From: Carcharhinus amblyrhynchos
Lineage: Eukaryota
Direction of reading: 5' to 3'
DNA: 64,000 nucleotides
NCBI GenBank assembly: GCA_965287045.1
Contig: OZ336878.1
Location: forward strand, 53,630,001 to 53,694,000
The stretch's first letter is position 1, and every line of letters starts with the position of its first letter. Of the stretch, positions 11,441 through 24,629 are shown piece by piece. Under the pieces are notes generated by a model that made no database searches, was not told where the DNA came from, and was given only the letters and a program-made list of their open reading frames with translations. The translations under genes were made by a program, and so were the position numbers.

Positions 11441-12719
11441 TTAGGAATGTATCTTGCCAAAGCTGCCCAACTCCTGACGCCAAGGTTTTTTTAAATGGGT
11501 TTCAGTAGCTAAGGTTTTTTGAAAAATCAGCAATGATTTATACTCCTGTGTTTCTTCCGTCTACAACCATTGTCCCATCCAAGAGTAAAATTTTCTATTT
11601 TGGAATGCAATTCCACTTAAAAGCTCTCTGTAAATCCCTTGACTTTGCTATATATCTTTAAACCCATAAAAGTCTCATCAAACTTCTCTCTTTGATCATC
11701 CCCTCAGTTCTCCTGGCTCCCAGCTAACATCTTCAGTGAAGCAAGTTGGAACGTAATGTAACATAAAGGTGTTACAGAAGTGCAAATTATTGCATAGTCT
11801 GTGCCTCACCATTGGACCTCTATATTTATAAAATTTAGATCAACATGGTTGTATTTGAATTAGCTGAATTAGGTAGAAAAATGATTTGGGCTAATTACAT
11901 TAGCAAGTTCCTATTTTCAGATGTAATTCTTTAGCAAAGTGATGAATGGTGTCCAGCTGCTTCCTGATGAACAGAACAATCACGGAGCCCAGGTATTGTG
12001 TGTAAAGTAGGGAGACATTGAAAGTAAACAGATTGGAACCCAAGTATTAAATAAAAAAATGTTTGCTTGAATTTGCTGGGTCCTTTGAGGATGGGTGGAA
12101 AGGCTAACAAAATGATTTGCATGTCATTAATGAGTCCCAGATGCTATTGTCCAGGCTCATGTACCTTTACCACCTCACCAGCTGAGGTTCTCCCCAGCGA
12201 GAATCACGTATGGTTCCCACCAACAGGTCCAAAAATCAGACCTGAAGTAGGGAGGTACTGCGGGGGCAGGTAGGAAAGGTTTGGAAGGGTTAGGGAAAGG
12301 GTCAGTTCAGATGCTTGCTTTGTTAATGATGAAAAATCGTTGAATGCCTTTACAATATGAAACACATGAATATGTTGGTGAGGGTAACTTCATGCATTTC
12401 TGGTGCCGCCTTGTGGACACTACAAACATAGCCTAAAAGCTTCCGCCCACCTTTCCAGCTATTAGTGATGAAGAACTCACAAAACAGGTTGAACTGGGCC
12501 AGCTGTTTTCAGGAAAATTTGGTTTACATATGGTCTAACCGGGGTCCATTAAAGGAACCACTTCAGGCCTCCATCTAAAAGATATGTTTTTAAAAAGTGC
12601 TTGCCCTGGATGTGGAGTGCAAGGTGCAGCTCTTCCTAACTCTACATTTAAATCATGGGACGTTGATACTGTTATGATACTATTCTCACCCCATCCTCCC
12701 GAGTCTCTACATCTATTCA

Positions 12720-12985
12720 TTTTTATTTGTTCAGGGGATGTGGACGTTGCTCGCTGGGCCACCATGTATTGCCCTTTCTTAATTACTCTTGAACTGAGTG
12801 ATTTTCTGGACCATTTCAGAGGGTATTTAAAAGTCAACCACTGGAGTTGCATGTAGGTCAGACCAGGTAAGGATGGCAGATTTCCTTCCCTCAAGAACAT
12901 TAATGAACCAAAGGGGTATTTATGACAATCGATAATGGTTTCATGGTCATCATTAGACTTTAATTCCAGATTTTTATTGAATTCA
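12720..12985 (-). mobile_element. SINE family S1 fragment
   Basis: gtaggtcagaccaggtaaggatggcagatttccttccct..taatgaacca body and tail. Confidence 0.8.
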
Positions 12986-13249
12986 TATCCCAGCTCTCAC
13001 ATCACCAGTCATAACCTCTCTCTGATCATAACCTTAACCCTGGTTGCAACCTGGACACACCACCCATCCTCCCAACAATTGCCACTAAAATTTCATCTCA
13101 TCAGCCCCTTCTCTCATTCACTTTCTTTCTTTTAAACAGAAGTAATAGTGTAAGTCATTTTGTCAAGTGGGTGCCTGCAGCTTGCTGATGTTATTTAAAT
13201 AACGATCAATATGATTGGACTTTGGGTCTAATCCTCTAGGCGCACATAG

Positions 13250-15093
13250 TGCCTTGATGATCAGTGGTGTGGTCATGGTCCAGGGGGAGGTAGGAGGAAG
13301 TATCTGAGAGTTGGCGCTCAGCCTCTGTGAAGTAGAGGTCAATACACCAAACGACAACAGCACCTCCTTTGTTGCAGGTTTGATGAAAATGTCAGGGTTG
13401 GACTTCAGGGAGCGAAGAGCAGAAAGTTCAGAAGGAGAGGTTGGAATGAATGAGGGGGGCGGAAAAATTGAGACGGCCAATGTCCCGTCGGCAGTTCCCA
13501 ATGAAAAGATTGAGGGCAGGTAATTGTCCTGGTGAGAGTGTCCAATTGGAGGCATCTGAAAGGATCTATGGAATGGGGGGAGGGCTCTTGTCCAAAGAAG
13601 TGGGCATGGCGATGAAAGCGATGGAAGAAGAGTTCAACACCATGTCGAGCCTGGAATTCTTTGAGGTGGGGACATAAGGGTATGAAGCTGAGTCCTTCGC
13701 TGAGAACAGCACACTCAGCCTCAGAGAGGGGAAGGCCGGAGGGTCACAGCGAGGCTATGTTGCAGCTGTATAAAGTGCTGATGTGGCCACACCTGGAGTA
13801 CTGTGTACAGATTTGGTCTCCTTACTTGAAAAAGGATACACTGGCACTGGAGGGGGTGCAGAGGAGATTCACTAGGTTGATTCCAGAGTTGAGAGGGTTG
13901 GCTTATGAGGAGAGACTGAGGAGATTGGGGCTATACTCATTGGAATTCAGAAGAATGAGGGGAGATCTTATAGAAACATATAAGATTATGAAGCGAATAG
14001 ATAAGATAGAAGCAGGGAAGTTGTTTCCACTGGCAGGTGAAATTAGAACTAGGGGGCATAGCCTCAAAATAAGGGGAAGCAGATTTAGGACTGAGTTGAG
14101 TTCACACGTTGTTTATCTGTAGAATTTCCTGCCCAGCGAAGCAGCTGAGGCTACCTCATTGAATGTTTTTAAGGCGAGGATAGATAAATTTTTGAACAGT
14201 AAGGGAATTAAGAGTTTTGGTGAGTGGGCAGGTAAGTGGAGCTGAGTCCACGAAAAGATCAGCCATGATCTTATTAAATGGTGAAGCAGGCTCGAGAGGC
14301 CAGATGGCCTACTCCTGCTCCTAGTTCTTATGTTCTTATACTCTTATATATGGTGAAGATACCGCAAGGGCTGGGGCTAAAAGAGATGGGGGGTCGAGGG
14401 ATTGGGACTGGTGGAGTTCCTGGGATGGGCAGTGGTGTTAATGAGTTGTTGAAGTTGGCATTCCTTTTCATCGGCAAGAAACAGGAAAAGTTTTTCGTTA
14501 AAGCGTCGAGTAATGCCGAGGATGAAATGAAACTAGGGATAAGGACAGCTTTGAGGGAGAGTAAGATGGTGTTGTTGGAGAGAGATGTTGAGTGTCTTCA
14601 TGTGACGGTGCATGGAACTGAGTGTGGCTTTCAGGATGTGGTGAGAACAGCAATTCAAAGAAAGTTGTATATCTGAAGGTACCTGTAACCCTGGTCGTTA
14701 CACGTGGGGTATGAATTTGAGTTGAAATCCACATGGGGTATGTCAGATACAAAGAAAGTCACTAAGGAAGGAAATGTGTGGAAGTGAGTCTTGGTAAATA
14801 CCTTGTCCAACACTAAGAGAGAATGGAAAGCAGTGAAGGTGGATAAGGGGGGAAAAACATACAAAAATCCTGTCAGAGAGAAAAGCAGTATTTCTTCAGG
14901 GTAGGCATTTCTAGAAGAGAGCAGGCAGTGAGTTAAACACTGGATTAAAGCAAATTAAGGCAGATGCTGGAATCTGAAACCAAAAGAGAAAACGCTGGAA
15001 AATCTCAGCAGGTCTGGCAGCATTGGTAAGGACAGAAAAGAGCTGACATTTCAAGTCCAGATGATCCTTTGTCCAGATGACGCTTTGTTAAAA
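13250..15093 (-). mobile_element. Penelope-like element family A, 5' portion (pseudo-LTR plus ORF N-terminus), interrupted by CR1
   Basis: Minus-strand SPSELSALRSLKSNPDIFIKPA (PLE pre-RT motif), DKVFTKTHFH, IPHVDFN; 14945-15093 matches the palindrome arm at 2527-2609/5594-5644. Confidence 0.85.
13745..14345 (+). mobile_element. CR1 family B 3' fragment
   Basis: MLQLYKVLMWPHLEYCVQIWSP...RRMRGDLIETYK; 3'UTR ctgagtccacgaaaagatcagcc; TTCTTATG tail. Confidence 0.95.
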
Positions 15094-17319
15094 GTCAAGG
15101 GGAAATAGGCTCAAAAGGAAATCAGGTTAGAAAAGAAAAACTGGTCTCCAATTTTAAAACTAAGCCAGGAGGCGAAAGAAAAGACTCGCTCAACTTGCCA
15201 TCATTGTAGCAAATCTGGACATATAAAGGCAATCCATTGGCATTACAAGGATAAACCAACAAGGGGCTATGCAATTAAACCAGTGCTGTGACAATTAAAG
15301 TTGTAAGTGTATTCTCCATCGTAACCGAAGAAAAGCCGTGTATAGATATGCGTTTTTAAAAAAAAATGTCCCAAAGCTTTACTCATAAACCAGGAAAGGA
15401 GATAAGTAAGGTAGTATGCAACGAATTAAAAGACTGCAATGTAAACTACAGGAAGTGAAATCAAAGTCAGTGCAGATTTACCTACTAAAGAACCTAACAA
15501 CCTAGCAACTTAAACAAAAACTTCAATGAGAACAAAGCACACGTTACCCAAGAAATCAAAATTACCAACTTGCCTGAAATTGAAATTGTCAAACCATGGG
15601 TTGTAGAGATAGCAGTCGAAGGGTTAAAGTCTTTTTGGACAAGGCTGCAAGCAGCAAAAGCGCCAGCCGCCTGCAGCAATGAAAATTTGCACAAGCACAA
15701 GAGACAGGGATAGCAAGCTGAAAGCTATATGTAAATGTGGATGCTTCAGAAATCATGTGCCTTTTTATGTAAAAGCATTAGAAGTGCCCGAAGCTGCCAA
15801 CAAAAATATAGCACCTTTTGACAACACCTAAAAAGATGGAAAAACATGGTCAGCACCAAATTTCTTTCCCTCATGTCTAGCTTACCTAACTACTAAACAA
15901 GGGAAAGAAAGTTCTAAACTTTGACTCATTGTGAAGGATGATGTGTAGATTAAATTGTAAACAAGGAAATGTCACAAGAGAGCTGTGGAAGATTTAGTGA
16001 CAATGGTTTTGAGGAGTATATGGGAGTGGCTACGTATGGATGTTTACTCTTGTGTTTTACCTGTGATGTAACAAAGAAAAATGAAATGTCAGGAAATTCC
16101 TTTCTTTCTCTTTTTTGCAGGGAGGTATTATTATGCCTGCCTAAAATGGCTGTAGATTTATAAAAAGATGGAACTGAATAAAAGGATTGAATGTTTGTTG
16201 TGACGGCATTTTGGATATTGTGCAAATGAACATGTATCCTTCCTTTTGATTTAAGCTTACAAGAAAATCTGTTTTGTGCTTGCTTTTAAAATTAAAATAC
16301 TACTTCTCAAAAGTACAACTTGTTGCAGTCAGCCAAGTGGTAGGAAAAAAGGGGAAACTATCCCATATCTCTTCCCTGGTCATAACACCACTGAGTGGCG
16401 GACACATTAATGATGAAGGGAACTCCTCCTGATCTTAAATGACTTTGACAGGGTTTGCAATGAAGATGTTGGATGGGTAAATCCCTCCACATATATCATG
16501 GTCCCATAAGACAGATGCATTTGGATGTTTTTGGTTCCACCCCTGAAGGATGATACTGCAGAACAAAAGCAGAATTGATTTCTGTCTGGGTCAGGGTGCT
16601 ATATAAATATATTACGTACTGTACTGAATAAGCACACAAGTAATTAGTAAAGTTAGAAGCATAGGGTTGCCGGAATATGTATAAATCATTAAAGTACTAC
16701 AGCTTGATAGCTAAAAATTTCCCCTGCCTGGGCTGTTATGTTGTATTTGAAGTTTTACCAGATGTTTCATGTTTATTTTGATTATAGAGCACTTGGAACT
16801 GATTACTCACAAATTATGAATGCTTCCTCCAGAATTGTGGGGTCAATTTTAGAAGTGATCCCAAAGTGTAGGGGACAGGTACCCAGGAAGTGCAGAATGC
16901 TGAGCTTGGAGCAGACATTCCAGCTGCCTTTTTATTCATCCAGTGCTGCATGAGGATGGTTTAGCCTTAAGATATACTGTTAGTTCCATAAATGATATGA
17001 GCATTTATCTTTAGAAGTGCAACCAGTGTCATACCATATATAATTCAAGAGCACTGCAATGGTATTTCCTTTATAATATGAACTGTATATTCACTTTTTT
17101 TCTTGTACACTTTTTCAATCTTTTCAAAAACAGATGAAGGAAACACTTAGTAAGACAAAGCCAGATATGAATCATTAAACCCTATAAAATTTGACTGCCT
17201 TGGCAGTCGTTGCTGAACTTGGCTGCTTGCCTGTGTGCTTTTCTTCAACCTCCCCAGTTCACAGCCAGAAGGGACAGTGGGTGTGTTGTGTTTATCAATT
17301 GCTTTAAGAGCCTAAGCTT

Positions 17320-19820
17320 TTCTTTCTATTCTTTCATGGAATATGAGCGCAATTGACAAAGCCAGTATTTATTGCCCAACCCTAATTGCCCTTGAGAAGG
17401 TGGGTCTGAGTCATTTTCTTGAACTGCACAGTCCGTGTGGTGAAGGTGCTTCTACACTCTGTTCAGTGAAGTGCTCCAGGATTTTGACACAGCAACAATG
17501 AAGGAACAGCAATATATTTCCATGTCAGGATGGTATGCCACTTGGGGGGGAGTTTGTCAATGATGTTGTTTCTATGCACCTGCAGTCCTTGTTCTTCTAG
17601 TACAGGTCATAGGTTTGGGAGATGCTATTGAGGATGCCTTGGTGAGTTGCTGCAGCGAAACTTGTAGACTATACAGTTATGGTGCACTGGTAGTAAAGGG
17701 AATGAATGTTTGAAATGGAGAATGGGATGCCTATAAAACAGGCTGCTTTATTGGATAACGTTGAGTTACTTGAGTATTGTTGAAGTTACACTCATCCAGA
17801 TAAGTGGAGAATATTCCATCAAACTCCTAACTTATGTCTTGTAGATAATGGAAAGACTTTGTGGAGTTGGCAGCAAGCCATCATCACTGAATACCCAGCC
17901 CCTTGTACTCACAGTATTTGTAGTTAGTCTAGTTCAGTTTCTGATCAAATGGTAACTCCTGAGGTGTTGCTGGAAGGATTCAACAATGGTAATGACACTG
18001 AGTGCCAAGAGTGATTAGGGGTGATTAAATTTTATCTTGAGCTCATTGCCTGGCAGTTGTGTAGCACAAATGCCACTTAATTGCCCAAGTCTGGAAATTG
18101 TTTCGGTCTTGCTGCATGCGGACGTAGATAGTCTCATTATCTGAGGAGCTGCAAACGGAACTGATCATTATGTAATCATCAGCAAACATCTTATGATGCT
18201 GGGAAAGTCATTGGGGAGGAAGGTGAAGATGGTAGGGTTTGGCACACCACTGCCCTGATATCCTGGGACTGATGTGAGGTTGGATATCTCCAACAGCCAT
18301 AATTATCTTCCTTTATGCCAGGTATCACTCCAAACAATGGAAAATTTACCTGCTGATGAGCAGGTTATTACAGAGTAAATGCTGCTTGTTCACATTTTGT
18401 TGGCACTTTCCATTAGTTTGCAGGCGATTGAAAGAAAACTGAAGGGGTGGTATAAGAATAAAAAAAAGCTGGAGAAACTCAATAGGTCAGCTTTGGAGGA
18501 AAACAGAGGGTCAATGTTTCAGGGTGAACTCTTTCTGTCCACAGATGCTGCCTGACCTACTGAATTTCTTCAACTTTTGTTTGTTCATATTTCAGACTTC
18601 TAGTAACTGCGGTATTTTGCTTTTGTGTCATGCTGAAGAGGTGGCAACTGATTGAATAAGATTTGTCCTGCGTTTTGTGGATGGAACATACCTGGACAAC
18701 TTTTCACTTTGTCAGATAGACTTCAGTGTTGTAGCTGCACTGATAAACTTTGACCAGAGGCACTGCTCATTCTGGAGCACGAGCCTTCAGCACTGTAGAC
18801 AGGTAGTTTTGTTGTATTCAGCAGCTTCTTGACTGAATTGGCTGAAGACTGGGTTCTGCACTGATGCAGACCTAAGGGGCAGTCAAGATGGGTTATCCAG
18901 TCAGCACTTCTGGCTGAAGATGGTTGCAAATACCAGACCCTTACTCTTTGTGACTTGCATGAGAGAACAACATGAAGAGGTTGTATTAAGCTAGATGGCT
19001 TTTCCTTCATGTTAGTTCTCTCATTAACTGCCATAGGTACCGTGTGGCAATTACGTTCTTCAGGACTTAGCCAGTTTGGCCAGTAGTTGTGCTGTCGAAT
19101 ACCTGGGTACCAACAATACTAGGCACTGTGAATACTCAAACTTACAATTTTTAATCACTTGCTAGCAAGAACACATATTCAGAGCACTGTACTGCAAATT
19201 GTCCTCCTGATTCATACAGACAATGTAGCACTTACAGTTCACCGTTTCTTGCTCTTTGGAATTTTGTCATTGAAAGGGTCTTATTTTCATCCTGTGACCA
19301 AGGCTGGGAACACACTGACACAAGGTTTAGATTAGTCGTTTATCCTGAATATGTAATTGCTGGCCTCACTGAAGGCCTTGTTAGGTTTTTTCCATTCTCA
19401 CTGACAGGTTGCCTTGTTGTAACTTAATTTTCCACACTAGCATCTGCAGTTTTTAATTGCTTTTAACTATAGCTTCACACCAACCCCATGGTGCTTTATT
19501 TGAAATGAGCATCCTCAATCTTGCAGAACAAACTGAATTAAATATTTGGCCATAGATGGAATTACAACTTAATTTCAACAGTGCCAACAAACCATTCATG
19601 AGCATTAATGTCCCCCATTCATAATACTTTGTGAGCCCGCGCTTCCCTCAGTGTTTCTATCAAAGGGTGTTCAATGCGGAGGAGCATTGATTCATCAGTT
19701 GAGAGAAGGCCATGAATAGTAATCAGCACTGCCAATGTTTGAATGGATGCCATGAGGCTTCAAAGTCAATGTTAAGGGATCCCAGGCTCACACCTTCCTA
19801 ACTGAATACGACTGTATGCC
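17320..19820 (-). mobile_element. Old CR1/L2-group (Crack/Daphne-like) LINE, endonuclease to 3' end, heavily deleted
   Basis: Reverse complement of the family at 20130-22385; APE-like segment at ~19600-19820; tail shared with SINE S1 at 17320-17400. Confidence 0.7.
18452..18626. mobile_element. Older palindromic PLE pseudo-LTR remnant
   Basis: aaaagctggagaaactcaataggtcag ... cagatgctgcctgacctactgaatttcttcaac...ttcagacttctagtaactgcggtattttgctttt. Confidence 0.6.
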
Positions 19821-21217
19821 AGGGGACAAACAAGATTCCTGAGATAAGAAAGTTTTCCAAGAGGAGAGATTGAATGGAATAAACTCTCTGGAGTTTAGAA
19901 GAATGACGTTTCATTGAAACACAAAATTCTGGCAAATTTCACAGGTTAGATGTGGAGAGGTGGTTTTGCTTGGCTGGGGGTGGGTGGTTGGATGGGTGAT
20001 TCTTAGTTGTGGAAAAAGGAAGGTGTATCAGAAATTTTTGATTCAACTGTGCCCTCATAAAAAGCCATCTGGTTTACGAATGTCAGTAACCTCATGACCT
20101 GGTATATGCTGAACTCTACCATTATCATCAAATCGGGGATCAGTCCTGGTTTAAGAAGAGTACTGAAGCAGCACCAGGCATACCTAAAAATAGGGTGTTA
20201 ACCTGGTGAAACTATAACACAGGACTACTTGCATGCCAATACAGCGAAGGCAGCATGCAGTGCTGCTGGGTGAATCAACTTGACCTCCTCCAATGGCCAG
20301 TCTTCAGCCAATTTGATTTATTTCATGTGATATCAAGAAACAGCTGAAGGCACTGGATACAACAAATGCTGTCAGACCTGAGAATATTCCAGCAATAGGT
20401 GCTCTAGAATGAATACACTCTAACCAAGCTGTTTTAGTGCAGTTACAACAATGACATCTATCTGGCGATGTAGAAAACTGCCCAGACATGTGGTGTACAT
20501 AAGAAAAGGGACAAATCAAACCTGGGCAATTACTGCCTCAATAGCCTACCCTCGAATATGAGCAAAGTGGTGGAAGAGATCATCGACAGCATTGTCAAGC
20601 AGCACTTACCCAACAATAACCTACTGATTGACGCTCAGGACCATTCAGTTCCTGAGTTCATTACAGCTTTAGCCACATTTGAAGTAAAAGTGACAGGTCT
20701 TGATAGCGAGCCACATTTGACAGATTATGATATTAAAGAGTCCTGGAAACCTGGAGTCAGTGTGAATCAGGAAAAAATCTCTCCATTGGTTGGAGTCATG
20801 ACTAGTACAAAGGTAAATAGTTGCAGTACTTAGAGGTCAATCATTTAGTCCCAGAAATTCACTTAGGATAATATCCTAAGCCGAACCATCTTTGACTGCT
20901 TCATCAATCACCTTTCTTCTGACAAAAGGTCAGAAATGGGATGTTCACTGATTATTGCATAATATTCAACACCATTCACGACTCCTCAGTTACTGAAGCA
21001 GTCCGTGTCCATATGCAGCAAGGCCTGGATAACATCCAGGCTTGGGCTGATAAATATCAAATAACATTCATGCCACACAGGCACCAAGGAATAACTATCT
21101 CCAACAAGAGACAATCTAATCATTGACTCTTGACATTTAATGACATTACCATTGCTGAATCCCCCACACTAACGTCCTGGGGTTACCATTAACCAGAAAC
21201 TGAACTAGACCAGTCAC

Positions 21218-21758
21218 GAGGTTGATTCCGGAGTTGAGAGAGTTGGATTATGAGGAGAGACTGAGTAGACCGGGGCTATACTCATTGGAATTCAGCAGAA
21301 TGAGGGAAGATCTTACAGAAACATACAAGGTTATGAAGCGAATAGATAAGATAGAAGCAGGGAAGTTGTTTCCACCGGCGAGTGAAACTAGAACTAGGGA
21401 GCATAGCCTCAAAATAAGGGGAAGCAGATTTAGGACTGAGTTGAGGAGGAACTTCTTCACACAAAGGGTTTTGAATCTATGGAATTCCCTGCTCAGTAAA
21501 GCAGTTGAGGCTACTCGTTGAATGTTTTTAAGGCAAGGATAGATAAATTTTTGAACAGTAAAGGAATTAAGGATTACAGTGAGCGGGCAGATAAGTAGGC
21601 AGGTATGCTTTTCATGGACTCAGCATACCTGCCCACTTATCTGCCCGCACACTGTAATCCTTAATTCCTTTACTGATCAGCTATGATCTTACTGAATGGC
21701 AGAGCAGGCTCAAGGGACCAGATGGCCTACTCTTGCTCCTAATTCTTATGTTCTTATA
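21218..21758 (+). mobile_element. CR1 family B 3' fragment with internal fold-back duplication
   Basis: ORF 21222-21521 CR1 C-terminus; TTCTTATG tail; hairpin 21556-21675. Confidence 0.95.
21556..21675. repeat. 54-bp inverted repeat with 12-nt loop
   Basis: 21556-21609 pairs with 21622-21675 with 2 mismatches. Confidence 0.9.
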
Positions 21759-23934
21759 TAAATACTGTGTTTACAAGAGCAGGTCAGTGGCTGGGAAATC
21801 TGCCCAGAGTAACTCACCTCCTGACTCCCCAGAGCCTGTCAACCATCAATGAGGCACATGTCAGGAGTGTGATGGAATAATCTCCACTTGCCTGGATGAG
21901 CGCAGCTCCATCAACACCCAAGAAACTTGACGCTATCAGGGACAAAACTACCCTCTTGATTGACACATCATCCAGCACGTTCAACATCCATTCTCTCCAC
22001 CACTGACGCACAGTGGCAGCAGTATGTACCATTTACAAGACGCATGGCAACAAATCACCAAGGCTCCGTAGACAGCACCTTCCAAACTCATAGACCCCTA
22101 CCACCTAAAAGGCCAAGGGCAGCAGATGCATGGGAACACCACCATCTGAAAGTTCCACTCAGGCCACACATTACCCTGACTTAGAAATATATTGCCACTT
22201 TTGCACTGTCACTGGGTCAAAATCCCAGAACTCCCTTCCTCACAACATTGTGGGTGTAGCTACATGACTGCAGCGGTTCAAGAAGGCAGCTCACCACCAC
22301 CTTCGTAAGGACAACTCAGGATGGGTGATATAAATGCTGGCCTATCCAGCGATGTCAATGCCTCATGAAATAATTAAAAAATGAAGCTTTTCATCTTACA
22401 ACAACAGCTGAACTTCAAAGATTCAGTGAAATATATTACATATAAATATTTAATATGAGATGTAACTATTTAAACAATGGCAAGGATAAAACTATGTAGT
22501 CAGCTTCAGAATCTGACTTTGGTGCACAGTCTAAGCTAATAGTTCAGCACACTTAAATAGTTTACTAAGTGACTGTTTATTCTTGACTGAGTGCTGATTA
22601 TTGTTATAGTTAATCAGCTATCAATGAGCTGTGGGATGCAATTGTTAATCCAAGTGCACTGCACTTTGAATAGCCATTGACAAGTTGATAATCATACTGG
22701 ATCCTGGTTGGAATCACTGGAGACTGAAATTTACCTGCTGTCATTGCTTGAGTTTTCTCGGTTCTTTGCCTGGCCACTGGGTGGAGCTTTCCACCTTTGC
22801 AGAGGGGATAAGATTGCATTGGTCTGACTGCAGACTCATCTTAGAAAAGGTTTATATTAGTGCTGTGTCAACTAAAGCCTTTAAGAAAAGCTCCTTCTTT
22901 TGAAAGGCCAATTTTTCAGTTTCCATGGAACCCCATACTGTGCACACAATTCACTGACTGGAAGAGAGCAGAAGTATGAGTTTCAGGTCCCACCTGGTGT
23001 ATCCTTTATTTAAAGTATTCCTGTGTAATCTTAAACAGCTGTCTACATGCTGTCAAAAGCTAAGCACAGCCATAGAAATGTATGAAACAAGGCAATTGTG
23101 ATGCTGCTTTTTTTAATAAACATCATTCCACTATATTAGTACATGCCAAGTCAAAGAATAGTACAAATTCCATAAATTCCCAACAGCTAATTACTAATTA
23201 ATCACACATAACTTATACTAAAAAATGTCACATTCTGAACCAAGCTCATTGCTTTTCACTTGGAATACTTACATTTTCTAATAAAAATAATCCGGACTGG
23301 AAGTTAGGGAAGCAATGGGATTGCTGCAATAAATTTTAAGCTCGAATTTCTATGATTCTCAGAGGTGTGGGCCAACTCAGATCAATGTTCACTGCCCTCA
23401 CCCACTGCCACAAAATGGAGTGGGGAGAGTTGCTGTCCTGTTAGCGCTGATGCTGTTCATTTTGAATGATGGTTATCATCAGGTGTTCAAGGAACCCATT
23501 TGTTCCAGGCGATACTGACACCTTTCAATTTTGGAAGCCCAAATCCTATGATGTAGATAGGAGCACAATTGATATTTTTGGTCAGAGCCTGCAATGTGCA
23601 GGATTCAATCAGTTTTGTGGATGATGGAGCAAACTGGCTGAAGGCAAATGTCAAATTGCTGTTGGTGCCCCTGTTGGACTTGCAAAAGTAATCTAGGTTT
23701 GGCCCACAGCCATCCTGGGAAATCCCCCCACTCAAACCTACCTTGCAGGCCTTGGGCCAGCCCATTTTTAAAAGCCTCAATCTGGCAAACTGAACAAAGG
23801 CTGAGGCCCCACTACTCATCTGCCAAATTTAAACAAGGGTCGGTACTTAATCTTGGGGATTAGTGACACAGTGCACACCTATGGTTGACTTTGCTGAATG
23901 GCTTTAAGCAGAGTTGATGAGTCCCATAAATGAA

Positions 23935-24030
23935 TTTTGATTTGATTTGATTCCATTATTGTCACATGTACCAAGATATAGTAAAAAAATTTTTTTGCGT
24001 GTTATCCACACAAATTATACCATGCATAGC
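23935..24030 (-). mobile_element. Rex1/Babar LINE 3' tail fragment
   Basis: (TTTGA)n followed by ttattgtcacatgta.., reverse of tail at 50120-50150. Confidence 0.65.
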
Positions 24031-24629
24031 TCACAAAGCGTCAAGACACTCTGGCAACTAGACTAGTGTCATCAAGCAAATAATAGTTAGAAGGGAATTA
24101 CATCACCCTCCTTAAATTCTGTCTTTCCCTTCAATGTAAATAATATGTGCTGCTGTTTGACAGAGAGAACACAAGAACTTAATGATCAAAAATTCATAAG
24201 AAATAGGAGCTTATGTAGGCCATTCAGCCCATTAAGCCGTTATTCAATAAGGTCATGACTTATCTGCCTGTGGCCTTAACTTCATTCTCCCAATAACTCT
24301 CAACTCCCTATAGATCAAGGTGGGAGATTGCTGTGGGGACATCTCGCCAAATATCCTACACTGGAAGTCTTCCCTACATTACCCATGGTGAACACTATAT
24401 TTTTAAAATTTATTTTCAGGTTGGGCATGTCATTGGCAAGGCCAGCATTTAATGCTCAAAGAGCCAAACTGCCCTGAGAAGCTGGTGGTGAGCCTTTTCT
24501 TGTACCACTGCAGTCTGTATAGCAAAGAGTTTCCCACAGTGCTGTTATGGAGGAGTTTAAAGATTTTGACCCAGCTACAATGAAGGGGAGAGAAAGAATT
24601 GCTGAGTTCCTATTTGACAGTTGCATGGT

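Larger units (their letters stand above)
20130..22385 (+). mobile_element. CR1/L2-group (Crack/Daphne-like) LINE, RT to 3' end, interrupted by CR1
   Basis: QQGLDNIQAWADKYQITF, SKVVEEIIDSIVKQHL, RSVME.SPLAWMSAAP; tail GGATGGGTGATATAAATGCTGGCCTATCCAGCGATG...AAAAAA. Confidence 0.8.
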
